DNA of 28,769 nt from the IMG/VR virus record IMGVR_UViG_2529292720_000011. One strand, written 5' to 3'. A program made the translations under genes and the position numbers. This DNA is from a virus (Duplodnaviria > Heunggongvirae > Uroviricota > Caudoviricetes). Under the pieces are notes generated by a model. The model made no database searches and was not told the origin of the DNA. It saw only the letters and a list, made by a program, of their open reading frames with translations. Positions 1 to 8,699 of this stretch are shown here, in pieces; position 1 is the first letter of the stretch; every line of letters begins with the position of its first letter.

Positions 1-1002
1 TTACCCTCTATTGTCAAAAGGGTTCAATTCAACAGCAGCCTCTAAATGACCTGGAGCAAAATGCGCATAACGCATAGTCATTTTTATATCGCTATGCCCC
101 AGTATTTTTTGCAACACAAGAATATTTCCGCCCCGCATCATAAAATGACTGGCAAACGTGTGACGTAGCACATGAGTTAATTGCCCATCAGGAAGCTCGA
201 TCTTCGCTCTCTTAATTGCAGCGTCAAAAGCCTCATAACATGGTGAAAATAGCGCTCCTCGTTTTTTAGGAAGCATAGCCTGCAATTGAGGTGAAATCGG
301 TACAGTGCGGTTCTTCTTTCCTTTAGTTTTAACAAATGTGATTCGACCGGGCAGTACTTGAGATTGCTTTAATCCTTCTGCTTCACTCCACCGAGCACCA
401 GTCGCAAGCCCAATACGGACAACAACCCCCAAATCTTTATTCCGTGACTCATCACACGCAATCAGAAGGCGTTCAATCTCATCTACATACAGAAACGCCA
501 GTTCCTTTTCTTCCTCACGAAACTTGCGAATACCAGTCAGGGGGTTTTCACCAGACCACTCCCCAAGGCGCTTCAGTTCGGCAAAAACAGCATGTAGATA
601 TGACTGCTCGCGATTAACGGTTGCTTCACTAAGTTTTTTCTTCCCCTTGGGATTCCATTCTCCTGATAGCCTTCTTTCCCGATAAGTAGCAAACATATTT
701 TTGTCAAACTGCGAAGCAAATGGATCTCCCAGCCTGGAACAAATCGCCTCAAGTTTGACTTTGCGCTCTGCACCAGAGGACAAGGTTTTACCGTACATCT
801 CAAACCAACGAGCAATCAACTCAGAAAGACGAGGACCAGAACCATCTTGAAACTCGTCTCCAACTCTACTATTCATTAAACGGCGCTCATAAGAGAGCGC
901 CTCACTTTTTGTCGCAAACTGTTTACGAATGCGTTTTCCCGATGCCCCGTAGGGATAACATTCGCAAAGCCATTTACCTGATGGAATCTTACGAACCGAC
1001 AT
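1..1002 (-). CDS. int: Tyrosine recombinase / phage integrase (P2/186-type)
   Basis: 333-aa ORF; C-terminal catalytic region ...LRHTFASHFMMRGGNILVLQKILGHSDIKMTMRYAHF... has the R..HxxR..Y signature of tyrosine recombinases; N-terminus MSVRK.PSG.W resembles 186/P2-type integrases. Stop codon sits at window positions 1-3, so att lies outside the window. Confidence 0.9.
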   Translation of the reverse strand: MSVRKIPSGKWLCECYPYGASGKRIRKQFATKSEALSYERRLMNSRVGDEFQDGSGPRLSELIARWFEMYGKTLSSGAERKVKLEAICSRLGDPFASQFDKNMFATYRERRLSGEWNPKGKKKLSEATVNREQSYLHAVFAELKRLGEWSGENPLTGIRKFREEEKELAFLYVDEIERLLIACDESRNKDLGVVVRIGLATGARWSEAEGLKQSQVLPGRITFVKTKGKKNRTVPISPQLQAMLPKKRGALFSPCYEAFDAAIKRAKIELPDGQLTHVLRHTFASHFMMRGGNILVLQKILGHSDIKMTMRYAHFAPGHLEAAVELNPFDNRG

Positions 1003-1007
1003 TTTAG

Positions 1008-1313
1008 TTACTTATCACATAAATCAAATGCAGCCTTAGTGACATCCCCCAGACTCTTTTTTAACCCTGGGGCGGCATCATTATCTAGCCAAAATGGATT
1101 ATTGTTATCTAACGGTAACGCACCAAATGTTTTACCTTTTATTCGAGCCAAACCTGTAAGTGCATATAACTTATTATCGTCAAAATTCATTACATAAGGA
1201 TTACCATCAAGACACTGTAATTGAACCTCATCAGTATTAAATGGCCACACCCCATTGAAACTCTCACGTTCAATGGTTTTAAAAGGCATTGCGACGGCGG
1301 AAAAAGAAAACAT
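1008..1313 (-). CDS. Hypothetical small protein (101 aa, two Cys); possibly the frameshifted mature part of a secreted protein
   Basis: ORF directly upstream of int on the same strand. An ATG at 1352-1354 (minus) in another frame encodes a signal-peptide-like MKVKKVQLLVTFYL... that would join this ORF with a 1-nt shift. Confidence 0.4.
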   Translation of the reverse strand: MFSFSAVAMPFKTIERESFNGVWPFNTDEVQLQCLDGNPYVMNFDDNKLYALTGLARIKGKTFGALPLDNNNPFWLDNDAAPGLKKSLGDVTKAAFDLCDK

Positions 1314-1383
1314 AGATAAAAAGTAACTAATAGTTGAACCTTTTTAACTTTCATATCATTACCTCAATTTAGCTCAAGTAAGA

Positions 1384-2034
1384 TTACAAATTAAAAAACG
1401 CTCTAGAAATGACACCGCCTACCAACCCCCCTACGCAGATAAAGAATATTATTTCTTTTGGATAAAGTCGGATTAATTCTGAAGCACGAAGTCGGACTTC
1501 TGGTAAGGTCGAACTCTCTGTGTGGCTTGATGCCGATTGTTGCTCTAACCACGACAATGCAGACTGTAACTGAGAACGAGTAAGATCGTTTAAACGTCCT
1601 GTACCGAAATTGATATGGCAATACCGCAGAAGTTTTTGTCGAAGTCCACAGTCTTCACTGTTACGTAGTAATAAACTTACAAGAGCCTTACAGGCATCAT
1701 GATCTTTACATCGCTCAAGCATTGCATGCAGAAAACTCTCCGCTGTTTTATATTGATTTACTGTCATATCATCAATACCAGCTACACCAATCTCCGCATG
1801 TACTTTTTGCCAAATAATAAACGCTTCAGTATTGCTAGCTTCTGCAATAGCAGCAACCAAGCTATTTAGCTCCTTACGCTGAGCCTTAAGCAAAGGGCGA
1901 TCGTCATCATCATTATTCGAAGGGATTGCGATATTGACGGTATGAGAACCATCATATCGCTCTATCTGAATATTCTTTTCGTGAAAATCACGCCCAGCAA
2001 CGCGATTGTTTGAACCGTTTGAGTTGACGGCCAT
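1384..2034 (-). CDS. Hypothetical protein with C-terminal hydrophobic anchor (216 aa)
   Basis: ORF between repressor and int; C-terminus EIIFFICVGGLVGGVISRAFFNL is a likely transmembrane helix; N-terminus shares the motif NNR(V/I)AGRD(F/Y)(H/N)E with the C-terminus of the upstream repressor. Confidence 0.5.
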   Translation of the reverse strand: MAVNSNGSNNRVAGRDFHEKNIQIERYDGSHTVNIAIPSNNDDDDRPLLKAQRKELNSLVAAIAEASNTEAFIIWQKVHAEIGVAGIDDMTVNQYKTAESFLHAMLERCKDHDACKALVSLLLRNSEDCGLRQKLLRYCHINFGTGRLNDLTRSQLQSALSWLEQQSASSHTESSTLPEVRLRASELIRLYPKEIIFFICVGGLVGGVISRAFFNL

Positions 2035-2049
2035 GTCACCTCCCTACTA

Positions 2050-2454
2050 TCACCTGCCCTTAGTTTCGTTATAGTCACGACCAGCGATACGGTTATTACC
2101 ACCAGAAATATTTAACTCACGTCCTGATGGCTGAGTTTCCTTTTCACTGATCGCACCTTTTAAAGCCCCAATCACCGCGTTTTTCACATCTAACGAAGCT
2201 GCTCGAAAGCGAGTAATCAACTCCTGCTCATCATCGTTATAAGTTTCAGGTGAGTGAATTCCCAACACAACATACTGAACATCAAGGCCAAAACGAGACA
2301 GCGCTGCCAAATACGCAGCATCAGGAAAGCTATCTCCTTTCTCATATCTAAGCTGAGTTAGCTTTTTGACTCCACCAATGTCGCTCATGGCTACTTGACT
2401 AAGTCCCAATCTTTCCCTTTCCTCACGCAACCGCTGACCAATATCATTTTTCAT
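2050..2454 (-). CDS. XRE-family helix-turn-helix repressor (candidate CI-like immunity repressor)
   Basis: N-terminal QRLREERERLGLSQVAMSDIGGVKKLTQLRYEKG is a typical XRE/Cro-CI HTH; positioned divergently from the early operon and upstream of int, as in 186/P2-type lysogeny modules. Confidence 0.7.
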   Translation of the reverse strand: MKNDIGQRLREERERLGLSQVAMSDIGGVKKLTQLRYEKGDSFPDAAYLAALSRFGLDVQYVVLGIHSPETYNDDEQELITRFRAASLDVKNAVIGALKGAISEKETQPSGRELNISGGNNRIAGRDYNETKGR

Positions 2455-2529
2455 ACAAAAACCTTGACAGGTATCTTTTTTGATACCAAAATGATTTCAC
2501 GAGCTATTAGATGATCACAATATACCACT
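2455..2529. promoter_or_regulatory. Divergent promoter/operator region between repressor and early operon
   Basis: TTGACA at 2464-2469; perfect palindrome GGTATC-tttttt-GATACC at 2470-2487; AT-rich 75-bp gap between divergent genes. Confidence 0.4.
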
Positions 2530-2736
2530 ATGAAACAAGTTCTTCACGATACCAGATCACGCATTCCGCGTAACACCGCCACAGGTCCAAGACTGGCCCT
2601 TCGGCTGTCCCTCGAGGAGCGAGCCGTCATTGATGAAATGGCAGCTAAAGAACAACGCTCATCCTCTAACATGGCGCGCATGATCTTCCTTCGCGGCCTA
2701 GAACTAACCCAGAAAGAACAAAACAAATCTTCCTGA
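2530..2736 (+). CDS. Small early regulator, ribbon-helix-helix-like (68 aa)
   Basis: First ORF of the rightward operon; RLALRLSLEERAVIDEMAAKEQRSSSNMARMIF fits a beta-strand plus two helices of Arc/CopG-like proteins. Function inferred from position only. Confidence 0.4.
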   Translation: MKQVLHDTRSRIPRNTATGPRLALRLSLEERAVIDEMAAKEQRSSSNMARMIFLRGLELTQKEQNKSS

Positions 2737-2752
2737 TCAAGAGGCTAGTGGG

Positions 2753-2956
2753 ATGTCAGGTATAACCATCAATATCAATGTGAATGCCCCCTATGTATCC
2801 CTGCAGAAATATGCAGAGATAACAGGTATCCCTCTTAATACATGCAAAAAGATGTTGGCTGACGGTCGAATTATTATCCGCCCCAAACGCGCCAAAATGG
2901 AAAAGCCTGAAGTAAACCTTGTGGCGATGTTAAAAGACGCTTTGACTAACAGCTAA
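2753..2956 (+). CDS. Small HTH DNA-binding protein, possibly Cox/Apl-like excisionase-regulator (67 aa)
   Basis: VSLQKYAEITGIPLNTCKKMLADGRI resembles an HTH; second gene of the early operon where P2/186 carry cox/apl. Confidence 0.35.
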   Translation: MSGITININVNAPYVSLQKYAEITGIPLNTCKKMLADGRIIIRPKRAKMEKPEVNLVAMLKDALTNS

Positions 2957-2977
2957 AACAATGAACAGAGCACCATC

Positions 2978-3328
2978 ATGAAAAAAAACGCTAATAATCC
3001 ATACTCCAAATTTCGTAATGGCGTAGAACGCCATGTACACCACGTCGCTACCAGTGCATCACGTAGTAACAGTCGCTATAACCTTAACGAGACGCACGCA
3101 ACACCGGATGGCCACGCTGTAAAACAAATCGGCGAGCATGCCTGGCTGATTGAGAAAGCTGGAATCGTGGTCCACAAATGCCCACGCAATCCGTTTACCG
3201 GAAACCGCATTTTTGCTCTAAGCAGTGGCGACAATCAGTTCGGGCAGGATTTCACATTATACGAAGCACTTCGCACGGTTGATCGTCTGCTTCGCGGGCA
3301 AAGTTTTATTAAACAGGCTGATTTATAA
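2978..3328 (+). CDS. Hypothetical early protein (116 aa)
   Basis: ORF in early operon, same strand, tight spacing; no recognisable motif. Confidence 0.4.
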   Translation: MKKNANNPYSKFRNGVERHVHHVATSASRSNSRYNLNETHATPDGHAVKQIGEHAWLIEKAGIVVHKCPRNPFTGNRIFALSSGDNQFGQDFTLYEALRTVDRLLRGQSFIKQADL

Positions 3329-3338
3329 CAGGTGCTTT

Positions 3339-3626
3339 ATGACCAAAGACCATGCACAAGGTGTATTTATCCGTTTTATTGATTTTCGCGGTGAACTGTT
3401 ATTACGTGCATCCGCTATTGACGGAGTGACTCCGGCGGGTAAAAACGGAGCCGACGAAGCCACTTACGTTTATCTGAACGGCACGCGACTGCTTGTGGAA
3501 CTTCCGTACCAGACCGTACGAGAAATCATTAGCGAAGCTGAAAAGGCACGCCAGGTTAATGGCGATGAACCCTATATCGAAATTATTTGTATGGATTCAG
3601 AAGCTGAAATACAGAAAGCAGATTAA
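3339..3626 (+). CDS. Hypothetical early protein (about 95 aa from ATG 3339)
   Basis: ORF track gives 3225-3626; ATG at 3339 avoids overlap with the previous gene. No motif recognised. Confidence 0.4.
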   Translation: MTKDHAQGVFIRFIDFRGELLLRASAIDGVTPAGKNGADEATYVYLNGTRLLVELPYQTVREIISEAEKARQVNGDEPYIEIICMDSEAEIQKAD

Positions 3627-3634
3627 AGGGCGTT

Positions 3635-3880
3635 GTGATGGGCAAAGAATATAAAACTCTCATTAACAAAGCACTTGAGCGTTTTTATTTTCGCTTAAGT
3701 GCATCAGGCGCTCATGCTGAACGTGCGGCCCGTGACTCATTGACCAGAGCAATCCGAAGTCTGTATGACGTAGCTTTTTACGCTGATGATCTGGATGCAC
3801 TTAACGAACTTTCCGAGCTGATCTGTGCCGCAGAATGCGGGGAACATATTGAACCGTATAAGCTGGGGAATATCGCATGA
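3635..3880 (+). CDS. Hypothetical early protein (81 aa)
   Basis: ORF in operon context; no motif recognised. Confidence 0.4.
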   Translation: MMGKEYKTLINKALERFYFRLSASGAHAERAARDSLTRAIRSLYDVAFYADDLDALNELSELICAAECGEHIEPYKLGNIA

Positions 3881-3990
3881 GTATATTTATCTCATGGCTT
3901 GTTCTGATTATTTCGGTGGCCTGCGCTATTGGGATTATGCGAATTATTCATTCAATAAAAAAGATTGAACGCTTTTTCACTGGCGAATAA
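3877..3990 (+). CDS. Putative small membrane protein (37 aa)
   Basis: ATG overlaps previous stop (ATGA); MSIFISWLVLIISVACAIGIMRIIHSIKKIERFFTGE has one predicted TM helix and a basic tail. Below the ORF-track size cutoff. Confidence 0.3.
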   Translation: MSIFISWLVLIISVACAIGIMRIIHSIKKIERFFTGE

Positions 3991-4076
3991 CAGAACAAAT
4001 AAAACCACAGATTAAATAAGAAAATGTAAAAACAATCCGCATTCGCGGAGGTATTCGCACACGCCAAGGAGGCGTA

Positions 4077-4280
4077 ATGGCAATTAAGCATTTTCCTGTC
4101 GTTCGTTTTACCTCCAGAGGGCGGGAATACGAAGTCGACGAACGCCTGATTACCACAATCGACAAACACCGTTCAGAAAAGGATGCACATCACATCTATC
4201 TCACTGACGGCACTTACTTCTGCGCCACGAATGTGGTGCGGGTGAACCTTATCCGACAGGTACAGGAGTCACGCAGATGA
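4077..4280 (+). CDS. Hypothetical early protein (67 aa)
   Basis: Strong RBS AAGGAGG 7 nt upstream of the ATG. Confidence 0.5.
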   Translation: MAIKHFPVVRFTSRGREYEVDERLITTIDKHRSEKDAHHIYLTDGTYFCATNVVRVNLIRQVQESRR

Positions 4281-4522
4281 CCATTCTGGACTATATTGCC
4301 GCCAATCCGGGGTGTAGCGGTGGAGAAATCGCCGCAGCACTGAATACCCCAACCACAGCCATTAATGCGGAGTTACGCCGACTCTGGCGCAGCGGTTCAG
4401 TCATAAGAAAAGAGCGCAAAACAGGCGGTCGCTTTTCTTACCAGATAAACCCGATGCCGTTCGGGTGTGGCAATCCACTTACCAACATGTTTAACCAGCT
4501 ACTGAAGGAAGCCAGAGCATGA
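4277..4522 (+). CDS. Putative winged-helix DNA-binding protein (81 aa)
   Basis: Start overlaps previous stop; GGEIAAALNTPTTAINAELRRLWRSGSV resembles MarR/winged-helix recognition helices. Confidence 0.4.
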   Translation: MTILDYIAANPGCSGGEIAAALNTPTTAINAELRRLWRSGSVIRKERKTGGRFSYQINPMPFGCGNPLTNMFNQLLKEARA

Positions 4523-4818
4523 GCGCCATCAACCACAAGGAATTACGCGAACTGGCGACTGACCTGCAACGAATGGCAACGCCTCAAAAATTACTGGCGT
4601 TTCGCGCAATGCTCTCGCCGTCTGCTGTGCTGGCACTGCTGGATGAGCTGGAGCACGCCAGAACCACACCTCTCGCCATTCGCCTGACGCTCCGTCATGA
4701 AATCGAGGATTTCTGCGCGACGTTGGAGGCGCCAGGCGAACCGGAAACGCCGGAAGCAATACAGCAAGAGCTGCTGCAACGCATTGACAAGGTTTTTGAT
4801 TTTTTTCTGAACCACTAA
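4519..4818 (+). CDS. Hypothetical early protein (99 aa)
   Basis: Translationally coupled ORF (ATGA overlap); helical, no motif recognised. Confidence 0.45.
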   Translation: MSAINHKELRELATDLQRMATPQKLLAFRAMLSPSAVLALLDELEHARTTPLAIRLTLRHEIEDFCATLEAPGEPETPEAIQQELLQRIDKVFDFFLNH

Positions 4819-4920
4819 GAAACCAGAACATGCACACACAAAAAAACCGCTTGCCATGCCGCAATCAGTCAGGTTACATTTCCGCTGCACCTCATAAAAC
4901 GGGTGCCGGGTTTCGCAGCC

Positions 4921-4961
4921 CGCTGACAAACGTAGCGCACAACCGCGCCAGCGGTTTTTTT
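4921..4961 (+). terminator. Candidate intrinsic terminator within early operon
   Basis: cgctg...gcgcacaaccgcgc...cagcg stem followed by G plus TTTTTTT (4955-4961). Confidence 0.4.
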
Positions 4962-5140
4962 GTGCGTACTGTATCGCCACGTCTTTTTCGCATCTGAATT
5001 ATGGTGGGGCGTACGGGGCCGACTTCGGTCGGGCCGGGTTCTGCGTTTGCCGGTACTGCGAACCTCGTACGTCTCGCCACCCACAGTTTCGCAGCTCTGG
5101 ATGGTGAGGTTTCAAAACTTACACACGTAGAGGCCACACC

Positions 5141-5371
5141 ATGGCAAACCGCAAACAGCACCGCGCTATCGCGGAGCGTCGTCACATCCAGACTGAAATC
5201 AACCGCAGACTTTCCCGCGCATCACGCGTCGCGCAAATCATGCACATCAATATGCTGCATGAGCGTAGCTGCGAACTTTCAAACCTCTATTCATCCGCTG
5301 TTTTCAGTTATCTGGCGGATGATCTGCGCGAGCTTCAGCAGCTCATCCAGCAGCAAAACAAACTCCATTAA
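5141..5371 (+). CDS. Hypothetical basic helical protein (76 aa)
   Basis: GAGG 7 nt upstream of the ATG; Arg/Lys-rich N-terminus. Confidence 0.4.
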   Translation: MANRKQHRAIAERRHIQTEINRRLSRASRVAQIMHINMLHERSCELSNLYSSAVFSYLADDLRELQQLIQQQNKLH

Positions 5372-5443
5372 TTCCTGTTCCGGGCCTTTCCTGCACCTTG
5401 CGGCGGGAGGCCTTCGCACATCTGTAACAAGAGGATTGCCGCA

Positions 5444-5809
5444 ATGATTCTCGCCAACGACTTTCTTGAATACCTGCTCAACACAGAACGTGATCTTGCC
5501 GTTCGCGTGCGTGAACGTTATGACATGTACCTGAAATCCCTGCCTGTACCGCAGCTCGCTGACGGAAAGATTGTTATTGATGGTCGCTACATGATTGACA
5601 GCCACGAGGGAAATTACAGGCTTTACCGCATTGAAGGTGGCACCCCGTCCGTTATTGGCATTTACCAGCGCCCATCCTCTGCAATCGTCGATGTGATTGC
5701 CGACAGCATCCGCATCACACATCGCCATGCCGACACAGAAGACACCGTGCTGGAAATTCAGCGGCTGGCTACAGTCTGCCGCGACACCCTGAATGGCATA
5801 ACGAAGTAA
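5444..5809 (+). CDS. Hypothetical protein preceding the replication gene (121 aa)
   Basis: ORF immediately upstream of gpA, same strand. Confidence 0.45.
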   Translation: MILANDFLEYLLNTERDLAVRVRERYDMYLKSLPVPQLADGKIVIDGRYMIDSHEGNYRLYRIEGGTPSVIGIYQRPSSAIVDVIADSIRITHRHADTEDTVLEIQRLATVCRDTLNGITK

Positions 5810-5815
5810 ATCACT

Positions 5816-8623
5816 ATGACGGCAGAGTACATCAGGGACTGGCAGCAACCGCGCCACGCAGTGGGGCGTGAAGGAACGGGGATCCCCGCTCCTGAATCCG
5901 CGCTTTCCTCCTGGCTGGATGCCTACCGGGCAGAGAACGAGCGCTGCCAGGAAATGGCTGATGCGGCGTTCTCCGCCACGCCGCTGGGCAACCTGATTAA
6001 TAAAAGCCTGGACGCACAGGAAAAACAGGACAAAACCATCACACTGGCAGGAGACGCCAGAAAGCAGGTACGCGGCGCGGTGGATGAAGCCATGGCCTCG
6101 CTGCGCCTGCTGCCATCCTATCTGCGCGATCCGCTTATTCGCCACCTCTCCTTCCTGCGCAAAAAACAGGAATCTGACCGCCAGAAAGGTAAAAAGAACC
6201 AGCAGGCTGAACGCTACGCGCGCGGGACCCTGCGCAAAATATTCGAACGTCTGGATCGCACTGACGGGCGCTGGCTGACACCGGGTTATCGCTCCCTTGC
6301 CGGGCGCGAACGCCTGGACGATTTGCTTTCCCTGCCGCAGCTCAACAAGCACCAGATACAGACGCTGGCCACCATGACGGCGGCGATGTTCAGCAGCACC
6401 TTCGAAACACTCTGCGATGGCTTTGGTGCCAGAGATGGCGAGCTGACCATGGATGTAATGTTGAAGGCTTACCGGATGCTGGCCCGTATCGCATTACGCC
6501 TGCACATCATGCCGCCACATTACGAAGCCCTGAACAAGAGCGATCCGGATACGGAACTGTTACCGGGCGCAATCCTTCGCCTGACCTGTGCGGAATGGTG
6601 GAAACGCAAATTGTGGCTGTTACGTTGCGAGTGGAGAGAAGAACAACTCCGCGCCGCCTGTCTGGTTTCCAGAAAAACATCACCCTATCTGAGCCAGGAC
6701 GCGTTAAGCGAGTTTCGCGCACAGCGCGAGAAAACACGCGATTTCCTGAAAAGTTTCATGCTGGAAAACGAAGACGGGTTCACGATTGATCTCGAGACAG
6801 TGTATTACGCGGGAGTAAGTAACCCGGTTCACCGTAAGGCAGAAATGATGGCCACCATGAAGGGGCTGGAACTTCTGGCCGAAGCCCGTGGCGACAAAGC
6901 GGTGTTTCTGACTGTCACCTGCCCGTCAAAATACCACGCCACAACAGAGAACGGTCATCCGAATCCCAAATGGAACGGGGCCACCATGCGCGACTCCAGC
7001 GATTACCTGGTTAACACGTTTTTTGCGGCGGTCCGCAAGAAACTGAACCGCGACGGCCTGCGCTGGTATGGCATCCGCACGGTGGAGCCTCACCATGACG
7101 GCACCGTGCACTGGCATATGATGGTCTTTGCACATCCGGACGAGATTGAAACCATCGTGTCCCACGTCTGCGATATTGCCATTCAGGAAGACCGCCACGA
7201 GCTGGGCGATGACATAACTCCGCGTTTTAAGGCGGAGTACGTAGACGGCTCAAAAGGCACACCAACCAGCTACATCGCCACCTACATCGGAAAGAACCTG
7301 GACAGCCGCGCCGTGGATGGCATCGACCAGAAAACGGGCAAGCCACGCGTTGACCACGAAACCGGAAAATCAATGGCCGAGAGCGTGGAACGCGCCATCG
7401 GCTGGGCGCGCCTTCACCGGGTCCGCCAGTTCCAGTTCTTTGGCATCCCCTCCCGTCAGGTGTGGCGTGAACTCCGCCGCCTTGCCAGCCAGATGGCACG
7501 CAACCCGGAAGGCCCGCAACGGCTGAAGGATGACGCAATGGATGCGGTACTCGCTGCCGCTGATGCAGGATGTTTTGCCACCTACATAGAGAAACAGGGC
7601 GGCGTACTTGTTCCACGCAAAGACTACCTGATTCGCACCGCCTACGACCTCGCCGATGAGCTGAACGATTACGGCGAACAGAGCGTACAGATTTACGGGA
7701 TCTGGTCACCACTCATCGGGGAATCCTCCCGTGTGTGCACGCATCCGGATAACTGGAAGCTGGTAAGACGCAAACCGGAAGCGGAAGACAGCGCCCGCGA
7801 AAATGGTTTTGACCTTCAGGGCGGCCCTGCCGCCCCTTGGACTCGTGGCAATAACTGTCCCCGTGTACAGGAAACAGGCAACAGCGGGACAGAACAGTCG
7901 AAAGAACGGCCAGCACCGTGGCCGCAGCTTCCTGACGGCGTTGAAGTGAACGAATGGATGCGCTCACTGAAACGGCACGAACGCCGGGCGCTGATGCGTT
8001 CGCTTCGTGACAAACAGGTAAAAAACAGCAGTGATGAAATGCAGAGCTGGACACAGAGCCGCAAACAGCAGCGGCCTTTGCCTGATAACCACGAATTACT
8101 CGCTAAAGAATGGCGGGAGTCTGCCGAATCTCTCGGCCTGCATATCGGTGAACAGCAGATGCAGCACCTGCTACGGGGCGGCAGCCTGTACGTTGACGGC
8201 AGCATCATTGCACCGCAGGGATATGAAATTGTACGCAAACCGGATACCCGCCCGGACAGCCGAATCACGCAGCTCTGGCAGCACCTGAGCCGTAATCACG
8301 GCGTAAGCAGCACGGAGATCCGCCATAACCCGGTCGCCAGCTATCTGGCACAGCTGGGGGCATCAGACCCCGAAGCCGCCGCACGCCTGGCATCCGCACT
8401 TCAGCAGGATCAGAACACCATGAAAACACCCGTTACCGTGCTTTCTGACATGCTGCGCGCCATCCGCGACGCAGAGCACGCACAGAGAATCAGTGAAACC
8501 ACTGAACGCGCCAGCCGCAAAGCAGACCTGCTGCAGGGTGGCCTGACCAGTGGAAACAAAAAACAGACAGAAACGGGATCCACAAATCCCGTAAATGAGC
8601 AAAAAACGCGCCGCGATATATGA
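5816..8623 (+). CDS. A: Replication initiation endonuclease gpA (rolling-circle initiator, P2 A family), 935 aa
   Basis: Motifs VTCPSKYHA and TVEPHHDGTVHWHMMVF (HUH-type histidine motif) plus tyrosine-rich catalytic region; position after the early operon as in P2/186. Confidence 0.85.
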   Translation: MTAEYIRDWQQPRHAVGREGTGIPAPESALSSWLDAYRAENERCQEMADAAFSATPLGNLINKSLDAQEKQDKTITLAGDARKQVRGAVDEAMASLRLLPSYLRDPLIRHLSFLRKKQESDRQKGKKNQQAERYARGTLRKIFERLDRTDGRWLTPGYRSLAGRERLDDLLSLPQLNKHQIQTLATMTAAMFSSTFETLCDGFGARDGELTMDVMLKAYRMLARIALRLHIMPPHYEALNKSDPDTELLPGAILRLTCAEWWKRKLWLLRCEWREEQLRAACLVSRKTSPYLSQDALSEFRAQREKTRDFLKSFMLENEDGFTIDLETVYYAGVSNPVHRKAEMMATMKGLELLAEARGDKAVFLTVTCPSKYHATTENGHPNPKWNGATMRDSSDYLVNTFFAAVRKKLNRDGLRWYGIRTVEPHHDGTVHWHMMVFAHPDEIETIVSHVCDIAIQEDRHELGDDITPRFKAEYVDGSKGTPTSYIATYIGKNLDSRAVDGIDQKTGKPRVDHETGKSMAESVERAIGWARLHRVRQFQFFGIPSRQVWRELRRLASQMARNPEGPQRLKDDAMDAVLAAADAGCFATYIEKQGGVLVPRKDYLIRTAYDLADELNDYGEQSVQIYGIWSPLIGESSRVCTHPDNWKLVRRKPEAEDSARENGFDLQGGPAAPWTRGNNCPRVQETGNSGTEQSKERPAPWPQLPDGVEVNEWMRSLKRHERRALMRSLRDKQVKNSSDEMQSWTQSRKQQRPLPDNHELLAKEWRESAESLGLHIGEQQMQHLLRGGSLYVDGSIIAPQGYEIVRKPDTRPDSRITQLWQHLSRNHGVSSTEIRHNPVASYLAQLGASDPEAAARLASALQQDQNTMKTPVTVLSDMLRAIRDAEHAQRISETTERASRKADLLQGGLTSGNKKQTETGSTNPVNEQKTRRDI

Positions 8624-8699
8624 AGCGCGCACAAAACAGGCGAAAGCGGGATTTAAAAATCCCGTAAACGGTTAATTAACCAACATAAGGAAAATCGAC

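Noticed and set aside
5003-5081. tRNA-like element of about 80 nt with multiple stems
   Set aside because: No T-loop (GTTCRA), no plausible anticodon arm geometry or CCA end; kept as a generic structured element only.
5001-5447. 148-aa plus-strand ORF spanning the structured gap and overlapping the 76-aa gene
   Set aside because: Overlaps a better-supported ORF with an RBS (5141-5371) in another frame; Ser/Ala-rich low-complexity translation.
5291-6352. 353-aa minus-strand ORF overlapping the 5' part of gpA and the preceding gene
   Set aside because: Antisense to a well-supported replication gene, no RBS, Arg/Ala/Gly-rich composition typical of spurious ORFs in GC-rich antisense frames.
7227-8268. 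Several 100-160-aa minus-strand ORFs within gpA
   Set aside because: Cys/Arg-rich antisense translations of a GC-rich coding region; mutually overlapping; no start context.
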